From Babesia bigemina (lineage: Eukaryota), in the NCBI RefSeq assembly GCF_000981445.1, contig NC_027218.1:3162001-3226000 (forward strand): a DNA stretch of 64,000 bases, read 5' to 3'. Under the pieces are notes generated by a model that ran no database searches, had not been told where the DNA came from, and worked only from the letters and a program-made list of their open reading frames with translations. Shown one piece after another: positions 59,377-64,000 of this stretch. The translations under genes were made by a program, and so were the position numbers. Numbering within the stretch: the first letter of the stretch is position 1; each line of letters opens with the position of its first letter.

Positions 59377-61208
59377 CGACGTGCATTGGCATTCTCCGCC
59401 TTCTCCATTGCGGCCATCTGTTTGGAGACCTCAGTGTCCACGTCGGCATCGTCAGGTAGATGGCCACAGCGTCGGTCATCCTCGTTGGGCACGAACCGCA
59501 CCTCGTCGATGTCGTAGAACTTGGGGCCGGGCACGCCGTAGCGCTCGCGGGCCTCGTCCTCCGCCTTGCGCCTGACCACGAAGTCGTACAGCTTGCGCAG
59601 CTCGCCCAGCTGCAGCGCGAAGTAGTCGCACGGGTGGCGCTTGTGACGCAGCGGGATCTGCGAATACAGCTCCGGCGAGGTCAGCTTGTCCACCAGCTCA
59701 GCCTTCTCCCGCTTCTCGTAGTGGTGGCGGAAGTACTTCGAGACCCAGATGCGCCGGCGGAACGTTTTCTCGATGCTGCGGTTTTTCACGTGCTTGTGCA
59801 CCTCCTCGAACCAGTAGTCGAAGCTGACGAAGTTCGGCAGCGGCACCATCAGCAGCCCCTTGAACTTCATGGCGTCTGACTCCTGCTGACGCTCCCTGTC
59901 ATACCGTTGCTCGTCACCTTCTGCGTCTTCGGGTATATCTTCTGCGGAAGTATCTGCATCCATGCCGCTGTCATTATCCCCCTCGTGTGCACTATCGCCA
60001 GTGCCATCCCCTTCGGCCGAGGGCCCCGAGTTCCGTGCGGGTTTGGGCGCCGGGAACACGTCGAGGAAACGGACGTGCTGCTGGATCTCGTAGATGTCCT
60101 TCGACCGCTTGTCCACATGCGGCGACGACAGCAGACACCAGCGCTTGCGCCGCATCGGCATCGCCTTCACGTTGCCCACCCGCAGGTTGGTGTGTTCGCG
60201 GATGCCCTTGATCAGGCGGTCGGCGGAGAAGCGCAGCAGAAAGGGGTAATACGACTCCAGCCGAATGCGCAGGAAGCAGTTGTCGGGCCAGCGGTCCAGC
60301 GACATGTTCACGTTGCGAGAAAGCACGTAGGGCAGGTCCAACATGTCCGCCTCACCGTAGGGCTTGCTGCTGTGGTACGGCCTGCGTTCGCGACGTGGAG
60401 GTATGCGCTGGTCGCCGTCTCCCGTTTGGCTATCCACAGACGCATCAGATCTATCATCTGTGCTGCTGGAGTCGGAGCTACGCCAATTGAAGAAGCTGCG
60501 TAGCTTGCTCTGCGCCGCCGCAGCAATGCTTGAGGTGCCGGCGATAAACCCCGGTGAACCGAACCTGCCAGTGATGCCCGGAACAGTCGCACCTGCTTTT
60601 GGTGGTGTACTTGCGCTGTCAACTGTAGTTGCAGTGAAATCTCCTGCAAGGTCATCCACATCCTCCAAATCAACGTCGCTGTCAGGCTCGTCCTCATCTG
60701 TGTCCACGTCATCCTCAACATCCACATCGTCGTCAATATCGACGTCTTCCTGCTCTTCCAACGCTATTGGATCATCGGATAGCACGTCGTAATAAGATCC
60801 AACGCTTCCCTCTGCCCACAACTGTGAAGTCACAGGACCGTGTCTGTGCTGCTTATGCGCAGTGGCAGCCGTGTCTACAGCCGCGCCGTAGCCACTGTGG
60901 CGATACTTTGCGCCTCCCTGCTGCTCACACCTGCTACGAGGCTCGTAGGAGCCGCCGTACGCTGCACCGGCGTGGCAGAAGGATGGAAGGCCATCGAGCG
61001 CCGGAGCACCGGCGAAGCAAAGGGCTTCGCCACCGACACATTGCGATCCAACGCCTCTAGCCAAATTGATATACCGCCCGGCACACAGCGTGCTGCTCTG
61101 AGGCGCCGGTACGGCTGCGATACAAGGGCTCGCGAGGCCCGCTCCGCAGCGCTCGCGCAAACGGACGGCGGATGCCACCGCCAGGCAAAGCGCAAGCACT
61201 AAAATCAT
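59370..61208 (-). CDS. Bacterial-type ribosomal protein uS10 with long extensions, probably apicoplast
   Basis: Signal peptide MILVLALCLAVASA; uS10 core LRIRLESY..MPMRRKRWCLLSSPHVDKRSKDIYEIQQHVRFLDV. Confidence 0.85.
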   Translation of the reverse strand: MILVLALCLAVASAVRLRERCGAGLASPCIAAVPAPQSSTLCAGRYINLARGVGSQCVGGEALCFAGAPALDGLPSFCHAGAAYGGSYEPRSRCEQQGGAKYRHSGYGAAVDTAATAHKQHRHGPVTSQLWAEGSVGSYYDVLSDDPIALEEQEDVDIDDDVDVEDDVDTDEDEPDSDVDLEDVDDLAGDFTATTVDSASTPPKAGATVPGITGRFGSPGFIAGTSSIAAAAQSKLRSFFNWRSSDSSSTDDRSDASVDSQTGDGDQRIPPRRERRPYHSSKPYGEADMLDLPYVLSRNVNMSLDRWPDNCFLRIRLESYYPFLLRFSADRLIKGIREHTNLRVGNVKAMPMRRKRWCLLSSPHVDKRSKDIYEIQQHVRFLDVFPAPKPARNSGPSAEGDGTGDSAHEGDNDSGMDADTSAEDIPEDAEGDEQRYDRERQQESDAMKFKGLLMVPLPNFVSFDYWFEEVHKHVKNRSIEKTFRRRIWVSKYFRHHYEKREKAELVDKLTSPELYSQIPLRHKRHPCDYFALQLGELRKLYDFVVRRKAEDEARERYGVPGPKFYDIDEVRFVPNEDDRRCGHLPDDADVDTEVSKQMAAMEKAENANARRK

Positions 61209-61368
61209 CGGACATTGCCGATGCAACTGGAGCTACAGCATATTACTGATCTGACATGTTAAATGCTATGAACCCGGGTGATGGGTCGCCGCTGCGTGTT
61301 GCCTGCGCGGCCGACCACGTGAGAACCCGCGAACTCCGATAAGCCCACTTATGGCTGTGCCAGGACGA

Positions 61369-63471
61369 CTACTCGACGCTGAAGTAGTTGCCCGAGGTCT
61401 TCTGCTCCTTGTCCTTCACGGAATCGTGCTTGTTGATGCGCGGGCGGAAGTTCACCTGGTCGCGGCGGAAGGTCACATCGAGCGACTTTAAAAATCGATT
61501 GAATCCCACGACCAGCGGCTCCGGCGACATCGCGGTGGCATTCACTCTGCACAAGCGATTAGGGGCACGAAGTGTGGCACTCACCCGGGCTTGCCCTCGA
61601 ACACGATGACACGGTCTGCCAGGTATGTGGCCATGATGAAATCGTGCTCGACGATGAACGCGGTTTTCTTCTGGTGTAAGATGAACCTGCGCATTGGTGC
61701 TACTCGTGCGACGCTGCCACCCACCTCTTGATAACGCGGCTGGCCATGATACGCTGCTCGGAGTCCAGGTACGCAGAGGGCTCGTCGATCAGGTAGATGT
61801 CGGCTGGTTTCCCCAGCACCAGAATGAGCGCCACGCGCTGCAGCTCACCTCCGGACAGGTTCTTCAGCTGCTGGTCGTACAGCTCCTCAACCTGGAGCGG
61901 CTTGATGACGTCGGTCTGGAACATCGGGCTGCTGAACGCCTCCTTGATCTTCATCATCAGGAGCTGGCGCAGGGTACCGTCGAACTTCGCAGTGATGATC
62001 TGCGGCTTGTAGCTGATCGAGAGGCGCGGCATCGCGTCCTCGGCCTCGGCGTTGTCCGCTTTCAGTATCCCTGCCAGCATCTTGATGAACGTGGTCTTCC
62101 CGGTGCCGTTCTCCCCCAACATCACCAGAATCTCCGAGTCGCAGAAGTCGCCCGCTCGCACAGTCAGGCTGAAAGTGCCCAGCTTCTTAGTCATCTCGGG
62201 GTACTTGTAGTTGTGCAGGCGCTCGATCTCCTCCATGTCCACATCGGCGGCCACCTTGAAGCACAGCGACTCCTCGCGGAAACGCAGGTTCTCGGTGGGG
62301 ACGAAACCGTCCAGGAAGATGTTAATGCCTTCTCTGACGCTGAACGGCGAGGTCACCACACCGTAAACGGACGGTTTTCCCCACAGACAACAGATGTAGT
62401 CCGACATGTAGTCCAGCACGGACAGATCGTGCTCCACCACGATGACATAGCGATCGTGTTGCACCGTGTCGCGGATGACACGGGCGGCTATAATACGTTG
62501 GCGGATGTCCAGGTAACTGCTGGGCTCGTCGAACATGGTGACCTCGCAGTCGCACAGCACGGCGACGCAGATCGCAAAGCGCTGCAGCTCGCCACCCGAC
62601 AGCTCCGAAATCTGGCGGTTCATCAGGTGCGACAGCTCCAGCGTGACTATCAGGTCCTCAGCCCTGCCAAGCTTGTCCTTGGCCTCCAAAATCTCGCCCA
62701 CGCGGCCGCTCACCTGAACTGCGTTGAACGGGGCACACCGGCGTGCGCCTACCTGGCGGGGGATGTTGTCGACGTACTGCGGCTTCACCGCAGTCTTCAT
62801 GCTCTTCTCCAGGATCTTCGTGAAGTAGCTCTGCAGCTCTGATCCGCGGAAGTACTGCAGGATCTCCGGCCAGTCGGGCTCGTTCGTGAAGTTGCCCAGG
62901 TTGGGCTTCATCTTACCCGACAGGATCTTCAGCGCCGTCGACTTGCCGATACCGTTGGTGCCCACCAGACCCAGGATCTGGCCCGGTCGCGGCACCGGCA
63001 GCCTGTGGAGCTTGAACGTGTTGGGGCCGAAACGGTGCGTGGTGTCCTTGCCCAGGTCGCGGGGCAGGTTGATGATGGTGATGGCCTCGAAGGGGCACTT
63101 CTTCACGCAGATACCGCAACCGATACATAGCGTCTCTGAAATGAATGCGATTTTGCTGGTAGGGTCGGCGACGATGCATTGCTTCCCTGCGCAAGGTTAA
63201 TCAGGAGTCGACGAAAACGAAAGCGTGGCCGATGGCAGCACAAGGCCCTAAGCCGCCGGGTAAGCAACCACCAGGCGACGGCCAAGGCGCCAGCCGACGA
63301 AAGCCAACTCTAGCACGGCAGCTCACCTGTTTTAGCGACCGGGCAGTTGCGCTTGCACTCCTGCCGGCACTTTTTGGGCTTGCACTTATCCGAGGAGACA
63401 ATAGCGATACGAAGTTTGCTCTCGGACATGGAGCTCCCCGAGCTCTTCGACCCCTTGCCTGGCCCCGCCAT
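61369..63471 (-). CDS. ABCE1: ABCE1/RLI1 Fe-S ABC ATPase, multi-exon
   Basis: [37 protein letters not shown], two Walker A motifs ([18 protein letters not shown]), LSGGELQR twice, RPRINK..VKDKEQK; alternative start at 63429. Confidence 0.97.
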
Positions 63472-64000
63472 TATTTTATGAAAAATATGTTAACCTCATG
63501 ATCCGAGAATAATCGAGGTTGCAGCGAACGTGCGCTCTAGTCGCGCCTACCCGCCGCTGCGCTCCAGCATCCGGCCCATAAAATCGGCTACAGTGGATGA
63601 AATCAGATCATATCGCAAAAATCAAAGCATCACAATATATGAGGCCCGTAGTTGGCGTCAATTTCGGTATTGATTCAAGAAGAGGCGGCCTCGAGGCGGA
63701 GTTGATACACGTCACCGACCTTCCTCGGCCAATCTCGTCTTCCGCGCAACTGAAAAAGCAAAGCGCTCATTAGTGCCATCGTAGGATCACGTTGCAAGTG
63801 GCTGGAACGTCCGTGTGAGGTGGCAAGTTTCGTTAGGGTCAGCTATTCCGCCCTGTTGGCTTTTCGCCGAATGCGATCGGGACGACTACAGCTCCCTCAG
63901 ATCGTCACGTGGGCGTTACATTTTACGCTGTGACGCATCAGGTAGACACCTGCGTAATCTGAACGTCAGACCCAGAGAAGATGGCGCCGCTATTTTGACC

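Overview
Eukaryotic, apicomplexan DNA that looks like the left subtelomere of a Babesia sensu stricto chromosome (B. bigemina/ovata/caballi-like; species is inferred, not proven). The window opens with a telomere-derived 12-bp satellite, followed by a large ves-related gene and a short ves-like gene. Next comes a compact housekeeping block with tiny (about 35-45 nt) introns: proteasome alpha3/alpha4, SPB1, V-ATPase c'', a Golgi SNARE, tRNA-Arg(CCU) and a KH protein. An AT-richer multigene island (about 21.3-32.2 kb) holds two tandem 6-Cys-like secreted proteins and a second short ves-like gene. Housekeeping genes then resume: RPS10, METTL16-like, RBM34-like, coiled-coil, WD40, RsfS, RPS7, BAR/SBF2-like, DnaJ, bL21, RIO2, MYG1, Rad1-like, TsaD, organellar uS10 and ABCE1. 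The top finding is a block of NQGKKAEGAQ decapeptides, matching the mammalian RRBP1/p180 ribosome-binding repeat, inside the ves-related protein (possible host mimicry or capture). Other notable findings are a 53-aa BRAWNIN/UQCC6-like micropeptide missed by the ORF track, a GC-AG intron splitting the TsaD GGVxxN motif, an Edc1/PNRC-like C-terminal motif protein, and a 3' element conserved behind both 6-Cys paralogs. All family calls come from recognised motifs; no database searches were run.
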